A stretch of 64,000 bases of DNA, from the NCBI RefSeq assembly GCF_009914755.1, contig NC_060934.1. One strand, 5' to 3'. The number at the start of each line of letters is the position of its first letter. Positions within the stretch are counted from its first letter, which is position 1. The notes below the pieces were generated by a model. The model made no database searches, had not been told where the DNA came from, and saw only the letters and a program-made list of their open reading frames with translations. This stretch comes from the human T2T-CHM13v2.0 reference genome, Homo sapiens. Of this stretch, positions 17,634 through 30,900 are shown one piece after another. The position numbers were made by a program, and so were the translations under genes.

Positions 17634-20611
17634 AACTTCCTCTTTCCTTTCATTTCTTTTTCCTTCCAGACTTTTCTCATGCTTTTGAGAAAAGGGAATG
17701 CTGGGTAATGAGGAAGGAGACTGTTTAAATACTTATTCCAAATGCTGTTGAAGTAGAATAATTGTCATATTCATTTCATAGATAAACTTAACACAGTCTT
17801 TATTTTCTAAAGTAATTTAGAGAATTAAAGCCAATGCAAGCCTATAAAACACAAACTTATTTATGCAGCCTAATAAAACTTATGCATGGTCGAAATGATA
17901 ATCTAATGATTATTACCAGTTCTTGAAGAATTATTGCCTATTTTAACATTTGGGACAATCAAACAAAATTTTCCTGTTAAACATGAGATTTTAAAGCATT
18001 TTATTCCTTAAAACTTTCTAATCTTGCTCTGTGAGTCAATTTAACCCAAGTTGGTTTTTTTATCATCTGTTATTAGAATGATATAATAATTTCATAAATT
18101 TGATATAAATCATATCATTTGTTATATGGTAGATTTAGCACTTGCTTAAATATAGAGATTAAATTGGATTCAATTTTACGTTCGATTCTTTTGAGTGCCT
18201 AAGAGGAAAAGAATGGCTAAATGAACAGGATATTCATTGTAAAAGTTGAATTATAAGATATAGGAATGGCATAGTTTCTTAATTGAGTGGTCATAAATCA
18301 CTATAATTTGGAATTTTTAGGCTTCAATAAACTTAATGAGGGTCAAAAGAAGGCTACAAAAAATCCCTTAACAGATGGTTAAATGACACCCGTATGGCAC
18401 GACTTCAGAGAAACTCCCATTGGAAACACTAACCAGAGACTGAGACTGTACTCTGTTGAAGTCAAATATCAGTGTTGGGAGTGTGGGTGGTTAGAAAATC
18501 ATCTTAAGCCATCAGGCACTTAAGTCTTTCTATCAACAATTCATTCATTCACTTAAGAAAGATTAATTTGGGGCTCTTGGATGTGGTAGGTACAATGAAG
18601 GGAAGGTTCCCTACACCATGTTAAGGGAAGATGATTGATAGGTATGGGGAGGGGATACTATGTGTCCCTGGGCCCTGAAGACGTCTGTGACTTTCAAGGG
18701 TTGTGGTATGCAGAATGAGTACCCCCGAGCACCAATAATGTATTTAATTTGCTGTGGATGCTCAAGTGTTATTAACCGCTGGAGAAGTTATTTTATTTCT
18801 TAAACTTCTCAGTTCCCTGTGTCTGCTTGTTGTCTCAACAACGACAACAAAAGCAACAAAACCAGGCCAAGATTGTGTTTATGGGGATTGAGTCACATTG
18901 AGTAGACGCTGAAGGATGATCTTGCTGAAGTTCCATCTCTCTCCGTTCTTGCAGAGATTTAATAAGTGAGATGAGAATCTTATCTATGGGTCCACTCCAT
19001 CATCATTTACACATCTTTTTCAACTTTGAAACAGAGCTGATGGTATGGGAGTCTTAAATTACTTTTGCCAAGCTTTGTGCCTTTTTAGACCTGTCTATGT
19101 TTTTTGATCAAGTTCTCTATAAGAAGCATAAGATATTAGAGTGTTGAGTAGAGCTGGAACTTGCTATATCTTGTAGGTCAAACCTTTCAAAATAACGTCC
19201 TTGTTTTGCTCAGCTTCCTATTCTCAAGTGATACATCCTGAGTTCTGATGATTAAATATGTGCAGTAGATCAATAAAAAAACGTAAAACTCCAGAATATG
19301 TAATATCCAGGGTGATTCGGCTGTAGCTGAGACCGCAAGGTTATTCACTTGAGTGCTTTAAATGTACCAGTGGCTTCAACTAAAGCAGATACGTGTGCAA
19401 TATATTAATTTTATATCCCAAAATACGTTATTGCTGATGTGAAAACAGTGTGTTTACCTTAAAGGCTTTGCAAAAATTAGGAAACCATACGACTCTCTCG
19501 GGATCTTTCGGCTACACCAGCCTTTTCGGATTGCAGGTATGCTTTAGTTCTATCCTGTCAGCAAGTGAGCAGATGTTCATTTGCTTTTGTTTGGTGGGCC
19601 ACAGAGAAGTGCTGTGCTTGTAAAACAGCCTGCCACCATCTAATAACTCACTCCTGAAAAGATTTTGTGAGGGGCTTATTCAAGGGAATTCTGTAATCAG
19701 AGTCTCCAGACAGCATCTGCTGCCTCAAGAACTTACAAGCCTCTCAGAATTATTTCATTGTCTGCCATTTCCTTTCCATGCTGGCTTCTAATAGCTTAAA
19801 AGCCATGCATCCTTCCTTTAAAAATGTCCAAATAGGCGATTTCGGTCCCAGCTGGATCCCAGCTTAGCACGGGCTTTGGAGAAAGCCTCTGCAGCTGACT
19901 CTCACCTGGGGGCTTTATCACCTCCATCTGTGAAGGACTAGGTCTCTCCTTTAATGAAATTGAAGCAGGTTAACTTCTGAGGGAATGCTGCTGCATACAC
20001 AAGGATTGCTATTTATCTACTTAGCAAAGACGGAAGCATTTCAGAGAGTTTCTGAAGATATTTAAGGAATAATAACAACTAAAATTTCTTTAGCACTTAC
20101 TATGTGTAAGGCACTATGTTTACTTTTTTGGATACATAATTTTATTGACCCTTCACAAAAATCCTCTAAGGTAGAAAGATGATTTACTTCATAATTCACT
20201 GAGAATTACAAGCTTTAGAGAGTTAAATAACCTACTAAATCCCATACCAGCTTAGACTCTAGGGTAGTTTGATTTCAGATCTCAATTACTGAGTCACTGA
20301 GCCATAATAATGTTTTTATTATGTTAAAGCATTACAGGGGTTTAGAATACATAGCGGAAAAAAAAGCCCAACCTCTAGTTTGGTCAAATCTGAAGTGTAT
20401 GACTCATTAAATATTCTTTTGTCTGCTGTGCTGGGTAAAACAACAATTTTAGGCATTGCATGCTGCTGATTAATCGCAATCACATTTTTAAAAAATTGCA
20501 GACAGAAGCAATTAATTTTACTGTTGTCCTAAAATGTTCAAGGAGACAAAGAATAAAACGAACTAAACATACAGTAGAAATGTAGTCCCCAATTCAGGTG
20601 AAACCTTCTTT

Positions 20612-21138
20612 TGTCAGAGGCATTAGTACCAGAGTGACCCCATCTTGAGTGAGGGCTAGGAAAATGAGCTTTCTGTGTTGCATTTCCAGAAAGCTAGGTA
20701 TTCCTAGCCTCTAGATGTTTACTGTTAAGGGACCAGATTGATAACATTTACTAAACAGACCTGGACTTGGGAGTGTCCTGGTATCCCGATACATTGAGAA
20801 CAAAATCATTCCTAATTTTGCTTTAAAGATAATAATGTCGATTCTTGCAAAACATAGTAATTAAGAAAATTAATCCTTTATCACAAAAGATTGTAGCAGA
20901 GCACATCTCCCCATGATCTTTTTTTATCCTGTGTATAAACAAGTATTGTACCTAGGGTGGACGCGTTCCTCCTCTTACTTTCGGGAACACCCTGCTCTGT
21001 CTATTGAGTGGCCATTCTTTTATCCCTCTACTTTCTTAAGAAACTTGCTTTCACTTTATGGACATTCTCTCAATTCTTTCTTGCACAAGATCCAAGACCC
21101 TCTCTTGGGGTCTGGATCGGGACTTCTTTTCGGTAACA
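20612..21138 (+). mobile_element. Solo LTR, MER41 family (C/D-like)
   Basis: TGTCAGAGGC...ccatcttgagtgagggctagg...ggggtctggatcggga...taaCA; 4-bp TSD cttt. Confidence 0.85.
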
Positions 21139-21691
21139 CTTTCACTCCTTTTTGTTGTTGTTCTTGAAGGACGCTCATGTAACGGTTTTATGGGTAAGAA
21201 GGAATGAATACTATAGCTTACTACTAAGTATATCACTGACTATAATTTTCACGTTGAATGTCTGGATTGTTAAACTAAATGAACAATCAGTGCCTTAAGT
21301 ATAAAAAGATACTGAAGCATTTTTAACATGCTATTATTTACTTTTCATTTCTTTGATATTTCATCGAGAAATGCTGAAGAGTTCTCAGCAGCCTCCTATT
21401 TAGAAAGAATAGAATTTATTAATAAAGACAAAAGATGAGCTTTGCATTAAAAAATGTAAATTTTAATCTTAACTCTTAAAATTCTACCCTCACTCTTCAA
21501 AATCATTATCCGAGGTATTTTCCCTTTTAATTCAATAATATTTATGATAACATATGATGAGGAAATAATTACTCTCATCATTTTGTGTCTCAAATGTTTG
21601 CTTGGGAAATAAATGGAATGTATACTACTAATTAAGAAAACTCTTACATAATACATATAACCGTAAGTGTTTTTAATGTTTATACTCACTC

Positions 21692-22357
21692 TGAAGCAGC
21701 CTCGTTGTCTGGGGCTATACCTGAGGTTCATTGTTTCATGCCAAGGAAATCAAAGACGTGAACATACAAGGAGTGAGGTTAAGAATGGAGGTTTAATAGG
21801 TGAAAGAAAGAGAAGAGCTCTCTCCTGCAGAGAGAGGGGTCCTGAATGGGTTTCCAGTCCATGGCGAAATGCAGGGGGTTTTATAGATGAGCTTGAGGAA
21901 GCGGTGTCTGATTTACATAGGGCACTAAAGATTGGTCAGACTAGGTGTGTTATTTGCATAAGGCACAAAAAACTGATTGGGGTAGGTGTGCCGTTTGCAT
22001 AGGGCACAAAAAGCTGGCCTTTCCCACACTAATATTTTATTATGCAAATGGGTTCTCTAACTGGCTGGTGCCATGTTGCCCGTTTCTTTACTGTGCATGT
22101 GGTAATAAAAGGGAAGACGGAGCTTCTATATTGGTTATGCCTGGCCCCCAGGTAGCCTTTTTTTATTGGCACAACTGCCGGCATTCACCCGTGCAAGCTT
22201 CCAGTTTGCTTATCTATGTTTACAGCTCGATTTTTCAGGCTGCTATTTGTTATAAAAAGTAATTTATTGGGCTGCTTTTTGGTAGAAGGGAAGCCTTGCC
22301 AAGGACTCTTTTACCCTCACTATCTGCCTAAATAATTTCTTTCTAGCTCCTGTATCA
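21692..22357 (-). mobile_element. Solo LTR, LTR9 family
   Basis: Minus strand starts TGATACAGGAGCTAGAAAGAAATTATTTAGGCAGATAGTGAGGG. Confidence 0.75.
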
Positions 22358-22776
22358 ATGCCATCCAGATAGTATTATCCATCGGTCATCACCATTTCCT
22401 CTGACATTTAAATCAAGTGGCTTGAGTGCTGACCACTTACGTCTATTCAGAGGTCATCCATCTTCTCTTAAAATGTTTGGGGTGAAAGGAATTTGTTTCA
22501 TGTTCACTGTTGGATTAGTGCAGGCTGTGCCTGACTTCTGTGGTATAGGAACTCCATGATCTCTCCTATGATCCACTTTTATTTTGCTGCTTTGCTCCTT
22601 TATATATATATATATTATTCTCCAACATTATTAAAATGAGGTGGGTGTTTGGGAAATAATCTTGCTGATGTTTTGGAGAAAACAAAGAATGTTAGATACT
22701 ACTTTTCCTAAAAATAAAACTACCATACACCAACACAGCTCTGACCAGGACCCTCCATAGAACCTATATATATATA

Positions 22777-23070
22777 TTTTTTTTTTTTTTAATTTTTTTT
22801 GCCAGATGGAATCTCACTCTGTCACCCAGGTTGGCATACAGTGGCACCATCTCAGATTGCAACCTCTGCCTCCCGGGTTCAAGCGATTCTCCTGCCTCAG
22901 CCTCCCGAGGCTGGGATTACAGGTGTGTACCACCACACCTGGCTAATTTTTGTATTTTTAATTGAGATGGGGTTTTGCCATGTTGGCCAGGTTAGTCTCG
23001 AACTCCTGACCTCAGGTGATCCGCCTGCCTTGGCCTCCCAAAGTATTGGGATTATAGGTGTGAACCACCA
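22777..23070 (-). mobile_element. AluS
   Basis: Antisense Alu dimer with poly(T). Confidence 0.92.
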
Positions 23071-23419
23071 TAATAATAAATTTTTTTCTTTTTTTTAATC
23101 ATCCTGGGGTTCCACTTTCTTTAGCTAATTTTCCAGATTGTAACCCAAATCCTTGTCAACTCTTTTCATTTAAATCTGTCTAGCTAGACTATTTAATTAT
23201 GCCTGATGTGTCTTGTGTTTTACAGCCACATAGACCCATTGGTAAATTTCCCTCCACTTCGAGAAATATTTATTTCCCTAAGAAAAATGTTCCTTCCTGC
23301 TAGGCTAGGGGACTCAAATGGCAGCGAATTTTCAAAATAACGTTTCATCAGTTATACCAAGTTAACATGTAATTTAACAGAATCAAATAAACATATAATA
23401 TCTATGGCAAACTCTAATA

Positions 23420-23830
23420 AGGAGAGGATTACAGCAAGAAAGTAATTTAAAAGCTGCTTCAGTAGTCCAGGGTGAGGAGATGGGAGAGGAAATAAGAATG
23501 AAAGGAAAATAGGGATTAATGGAGCTTATCTCATTGGAAATGAGAATGGAAGAGAAAGGAACTCTCAAGGTCATTTTGGAGTTTTGAGCATTGGAGAGCA
23601 GCTTTCTTCTGGTACCACTGTCAGGAAATGAGAGTGAGATGAGAGCTCCAATCCGAGGAGAAAGGACAAAGTGTTTTGAATTATAAATGACTTGTGTCAT
23701 CTGAGTGAATATGTCCAGCAGGCTGTGGAAACTGGGAAGGAGAGTTCAGGAGAGAGATGAACATTTGTTATGTAAGTTTCTGATTTATCAACCCTGAAGA
23801 GGAATGGTGTTTTTTTTTGGTGAGGAGTGT
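23420..23830 (+). mobile_element. L2 fragment
   Basis: Purine-rich degenerate L2 texture (gagtgaatatgtccagcaggc...gagttcaggagagag). Confidence 0.5.
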
Positions 23831-24049
23831 GGAGAAAAAAAACCAGAGACATGTGATATAGTTAACACTTACTTCTACTTCTTTTTTAAACTATGGTGAC
23901 TGCAGGCGTATCCTTAACTCAGCAACAGCTAGGGACTATCTCTATGAAAAAGCTTTCAGAAAGAATAAAATGTTAATTTGTAAAGAATAGATTTTTACCT
24001 ACAAACACACAATTCATATAACAGCTTAAATATTTTAATAAGTATGTTA

Positions 24050-24265
24050 CAATAGCAGTAGTGAACATTATTTAATGCTAACTATATACCAGGTGCTGTT
24101 TTACATGTTCGCAACTCATTTTTCCTTATCATGTAGGCTATCATTTTATCATTACATTGTACAAAGAAGAAAACTGAGGTACAGAGATGTTAAATAAGTT
24201 CTCCAAGGTCCTGTTGCTATTAAGTGTTATACCAAGGAACTGAATCCAAATAGTTTGATTTGAAA
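24050..24265. mobile_element. MIR, interrupted by an AT-rich expansion (tail resumes at about 25260-25290)
   Basis: gaagaaaactgaggtacagagatgttaaataagttctccaagg MIR core. Confidence 0.75.
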
Positions 24266-25265
24266 TACATATATATATATATTCAAAATATATATAATAT
24301 GTAATAAATATATAACATATATCTATATTATAAATAGATATTTTGAATCAAACTACTTGGATATATATAATATATGTAATTATATATTATATATAACCAA
24401 CTTGGGTATGTATATTGTATTATGCATATATTATATATTATAATAATATATAATATAATAATTACATATTATATAATTTATATAATATAATTAATACTTG
24501 TATATTATATAAAATATATAGCATATGTATATCATTATATAATATATAATATTGATATTATAACATATAAAATATATAATATGTATATTGTATTATATAT
24601 AATCTGTATATATAATACATAATTTTATGTATATATACATATATACATATGCAAAATATATACAATACATATACTATAGGTACATATATGTATATAAGAT
24701 ATAGGTATATTATACATATATGTATATATAATATATATTCTATAATATTTACATTATATCACATATATAATATATATTATAATATGTATATTATATTATT
24801 ATATATCCAACTGGGATACATATAGAATAAATTTATAATATATAAATATGTTATATCTCTACTTGGAGATATATCTATAACGTATTTGTATATATTACAA
24901 ATTTATTAATATATATTAATATATAATATATATTATATATAATCTCCAAGTAGTTTGATTAAAAATATCTGTATCTATATAATATATGTTAATTTATATA
25001 TGTTATAATTATAACATATATCTATATTATAATGTTTTAATTATAAACTATATTTAATTATAATCTATATTATAATATAATTATAACATAACATATATGG
25101 TATAACATATTATTATATCATATATGATATATGATATAAATTATATAATATATATTATATAACTATGTATATGATATAAAAATATATTTTTTGAAAAAAT
25201 ATCTTTTGAATCAAACTACTTGGTTTCAGATCCTAGCTATATCTTGGATTCAGATTCTAGCCATA
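24228..25265. repeat. AT-rich (TA)n-like low-complexity block with internal inverted repeats
   Basis: About 1 kb that is nearly pure A/T, with alternating copies of ccaagtagtttgatt and aatcaaactacttgg. Confidence 0.9.
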
Positions 25266-25873
25266 CTTTTAATCACTGTGTTATACTGCCTTTGTATAAA
25301 ACTATCTCTACACAATAATCTTTGCCAGGCCTTTGCAAAATGGTTCTATTTTCTAAGTAGTTACACTTATTTTTGTATAAAGAAAATACGACTTTCTTAG
25401 GACTACCTATTGACAGATTTTTCTATAGGTTGTGGATGTTTCTCAGTGGACTTTTAATAGAGTGATAGGTAGCATATGGCTTGAAAGGAAATATATTGGT
25501 ACAGCATATTGTACAGGGATGAAAGAATTTCCCATAGAAAAATGATCTGTTGTGTTTTGCTGCATCCAGATCAATTGTAAACCTAAAAATCTGGGCTGAC
25601 TTCTTGAAAAATAAAATGTTTATGTTGTAAACAAGGTTGAATAATGCACATGTGTTCATCACATCCATGAACAAAGCCTCTAACATCAGTGATAACTCAT
25701 TAATAAGGGTGGGATAATGTCTGCCATCAACATGCCAATTTTCTATCGATTTAGTTAATTAGAAAATCGGAGACTGGCTTCTTTTTAAGTTTCTCAGATC
25801 AATCATACCAGAGTATCTTTTCTTAGCGGTGTCTTGGGCGGGCTCCACATCCTAATGTCACGTTCAGTCATTT

Positions 25874-26171
25874 CTTCTTCTTTTTTTTTGAGAACAAGTC
25901 TTACTCTGTCACCTGGGCTGGAGTGTAGTGGTGCGATCTCTGCTCACTGCAACCTGCGCCTCCCGGTTCAAGCAATTCTCCTGTCTTAGCCTCCTGAGTA
26001 TATGGGATTATAGGTGCCCGCCACCACTCCCAGCTAATTTTTTGTATTTTTAGTAGAGACGGGGTTTCACCATGTTTGCCCGGCTGGTCTAGAACTCCTG
26101 ACCTCAAGTGATTCACCTGCCTCAGCCTCCCAAAGTGCTGGGATTACAGGCGTGAGGCACTGTGACAGGCC
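25874..26171 (-). mobile_element. AluS with TSD (c)acgttcagtcattt
   Basis: TSD at 25859-25873 and 26171-26185. Confidence 0.95.
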
Positions 26172-26302
26172 ACGTTCAGTCATTTTAACAATAAGTCACA
26201 GAACAATCATTTCCAGTCGATGTTTAGATAATGGCAGAAAATGTGCAATAGGTTAGCATGAGGATGACATCTAAGGCAAGAGTCGATAAGATTTAGAGAA
26301 CC

Positions 26303-26661
<359 letters not shown>

Positions 26662-26957
26662 TCAGGATGGAGCATGGATCCAAAAGCAGGTAAATGCGAA
26701 ACAGTGTGAACACATAGGAACTGAAAATAGGAGATGGTTGTAGGGAAAACTCTAGGTGAGTATTGCTGCATTTCACTATCATGTTACCTATCCTATGCCA
26801 GACATTTGAGATACAGTGATGACCCTGCATTTCTTTGTTTTTGAGAATGTTTGCTTTGATTTCTTTGCACCTGGAATTGGCATGGTCACCCAAGTGCTTC
26901 TAGAGAGTGACATGCTTCCTATTGCAGGCTCTCTTTTATAACACTGTGAGACAGTGA

Positions 26958-27143
<186 letters not shown>

Positions 27144-27905
27144 TAAAGATTTCAGTGCAATTTAAACATTGTGATGACTTTAATCTGCTGTTTATTTTTG
27201 TCTGATGTTTTCATGTGGGATATTTTTCGTTCTAATACATTGTATAACAGTGACTGGATCTATACTGGGAGTGAAGTTTGGCTGTTTTTCACTGACTGAT
27301 GCTGTAAAGAACTGAATGGGATAATTTAGTCTCAAACTTGAAATCTTGTAGCAATGTTTACAACGGCTAAAGTTAAATCTTAACAAGAGAACTCTGTGCC
27401 TTCTAGGAGACTGGGAGAAAACTAGCCTCCATAGACTTGAAATTGTCTTCTTGGACAATTGGTTTGATTATTCTGATGAAAGATACAAAATAGAGGTATT
27501 AGTTATAATCTATTTTCTATTTTGACACATCAATAAACTACATATATCAGATATAAATTTTTATTTATATTGTTCCTTTGATTATATTAACTAATATTCT
27601 ATTCTTCATTTATATTATTCCAAAAACAATTCAATATTAAAATTAGAATAGCATAAAATACCAGGCTTAATCCAATAATAAAAAAGAGTCAGTCATATTG
27701 AAACCCATATATTTCAGGGTTTTAAGAATTTTGTTATATTGTGGCATGATATAACAGAATAAAGAAGGTATTTTGTAGATAAAGCTTCTGAGTTCAGTTT
27801 GGTACAAAGATATAGTTGTTGTGGTAAATGATATTTCAAGACAAGAAGAGATGTCTTCATCTACTTAAGAAAGACCATAGGATCTTGATATTGTGCTTGG
27901 TTTTT

Positions 27906-30900
27906 GAAAAGTTTTATTTTATTTTTAATTGACACATAATTGTATATATTTATGGGATACCATGTGATGTTAAATACATGTATCCATTGTGTAATGATTA
28001 AATCAGGGTATTTAACTTATTGGTTATTCCAAAAATTTATCTTCTCTTTGTAGTAAGAACATTTGAAATTCTCTCTATTAGTTATTTTGAAATAATATAA
28101 TATCGTTAACTATACTGTGTAATAGAAAACCAGAATTTATTCCTCCAATCTCTCGGTAATTTCATACCCATTGACCAGTTTCTATACACACACCGTCCAT
28201 GCTATCCTCCCCAGCCTCTGGTAACCACTATTCTACACTGTACTTCTATAAGATAGGCTTTTGAAAATTTTGCAGATGAGTAAGATAATGTGGTATTTGT
28301 TTTCCTGTGTCTGTCTTATTTTGTTTAATATATTCCAGATTCATCCATACTGTCACAAATGATAGGCTTTTATTCCTTTTATAGTTAAATAAAAAAGAAT
28401 CCTATTGCATGTATGTTACCACATTTTCTTTATCCATTTGTCCATTGATGGACACTTAGGTTGATTTCATATCTTGGCTATTGTAAGTAGTTCTGCAGTA
28501 AACATGGGAATGCAAAAATCTCTTTGACAGAGATTGAATTCGTATCTCTTTGATTTCATTTTCTTTGGATAAATACTCAGAAGTGGGATTGCTGAGTCAT
28601 TTGGTACTTCTATTTTCAACTTTTTGAGGAACCTCCATAATGTTCTATATGAGTGTACTAATCTACATTTCTACCAACAGTATATAAGTATTCCCATTTA
28701 TCCACATCCGAACCAGCATTTATTAACTTTGACTTTTTGATAGTAGCCATTCTGACAAGTATGAGATGATATCACATTGTGGTTTTAATTTGCATTTCCC
28801 TGAGGATGAATGATGCTGATAATTTTTTTCATATTCTATTTATTGGTCATTTTTCTGAGAAATAGCTATTGAGGTTTTGTGTCCACTTTCAAATTTGATT
28901 ATTTGAAAATGAGTTGTTTTGAGTTTCTTATATATTCTGAGAATTGACCCCTTATTAGATGCACAGTTTGCAAACATTGCCTCTGATCCTGTAGGTTGTC
29001 TCTTCACTCATTTGTTTCCTTTGTTGTACAGAAGATTTTTAGTTTGATGTAATCTCATTTTTTTAAAAGGACTGGTTTTATTTGTTTATTTATTCTATGA
29101 GTGAAATATTTTACATATTTATGGGGTACATGTGAGTTTGTTACATGCATAGAATGTATTCAGTCTCCCTTTATATTCTCTTCCCACCCACTCACCCTTC
29201 ACAGCTTCTAGTATCTATGATTCTATTCTCTATTTCCATGAGATCAATTTGTTTTTAGCTCTCACATATGAGTGAGAGGTTGTTAGTTATTTATTAAATG
29301 TTTGCTAGAATTTAGTAGTGAAGCCATCAGGTTCTGGGTTGTTCTTTGGTGGGAGACATTTTGTTACTGATTCTATCTGTTCAGATTTTCTCTTTCTTCA
29401 ACTTTAGTAGGTTTTATGTGTCCAGGAATTTATCTATTTCTTCTAGGTTTTCCAGTTTATGGTTGTTCATAATGGTCTTTTATCCTTTGTATTTCTGTGC
29501 AACCAGTCATAATAGCTCCATTTTCATCTCTCATTTTATTTGAATCTTCTATCTTTTTTCCCTTAATCCAGCTATTGTTTGTCAATTTTGTTTATCTTTT
29601 TTAAAAAAACAACTTTTTGCTTTGTTGTCTTTGGTATTGCTTTGTTTAGTTTCTATTTCATTTAGGTCTGCTCTGATCTTTATTATTTATTTCCTTCTAC
29701 TAATTTGGGGTTTAGTTTCTTCCTGTGTTTTCTAATTCCTTGAAGTACACATTAGGTTGTTTGAGCTCTTTCTAATATTTTGATGTAAGCATTTATTGGT
29801 ATAAACTCCTCTCTTAGAATTGGTTTTGCTGTGTTCCTTAAGTTTTGGTAGGTTGTTTCTCCATCTTTATTTGTCTCAAGGAATATTTAAATGTTCTATT
29901 TAATTTCATCATTGGCTTATTTTGTTTTTCAGGGGTACGATTAATTTTCATGTATTTGTATAGTTTCCAAAGTTCATTTCATTGTTGAATTCTAGTTTTA
30001 TTCCGTTTTGGCTGGAAAAGATAATTACTATGATTCTGACTTTTAAAAAATGGTTGAGACTTATTTTGTGGCCTAACATTTGATATATCCTGGAGAAAAT
30101 TCCATGTGCTGATGGGAAAATGTGTATTTTGTAATTATCGAGCAGAATGTTCTGCAAATATATTTTAGGTTTATTTGATCTAGAGTTCGGTTTAAATATC
30201 ATGTTTCTTTGTTCATTTTCTGTCTGAATTATCCGTCCATTGCTGAAAGTAGGGAGTTAAAATCCCTTGCTATTATTGTATTGCAGTCTATCTATTTCTA
30301 TACATCTAATAATGTTTGCTTTATATATTGGGAGGTCTAGTTTTGGGTGAATATATATTTACAAGTATTTTATCCTTTTTCTAAATGGATCCCTTTATCA
30401 TTATATTACAACCATCATTATCCATTTTTTCAGTTTTCAAATTAAAGTCTATGTTATCTGATATAGTTATAGCTACTGCTGGTCTCTTTTGGTTTCTATT
30501 TGCATGAAATATTTTTATTCCATTCCTTTAGTTTCTCAGTCTATGGGTATTTTACAGGTGATGTGAGTCTCTTCTAGGCAGCATATAATTTGGTCTTTTT
30601 TTTTTTTTTAATCTACTCATCCACTCTATATATTTTGAAAATTTAATCCATTTACATTTAATGTTATTATTAACAGATAAGGCCCTACTCCTTTCATTTT
30701 AGTCGTTATTTTCTGGTTATTTTGTAGAAATTTGTTTCTTTCTTCTCTTGTTGTTTATCTTTGTGGTTTGGTGGTTTTCTATAGTGGTAAGCTTTGATTC
30801 TTTTCTATTTCTCATTTGTTTATCTGCTGTAATTTTTTTCTCTGTGGTTACCATGGGGCTTACATTTAAAAAATCTTATAGAAGACTATTTTAAACTGAT

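Noticed and set aside
20683-20995. Canonical interferon-gamma GAS enhancer in MER41
   Set aside because: The sites read TTTCCAGAA and TTTCGGGAA, not TTC-N3-GAA
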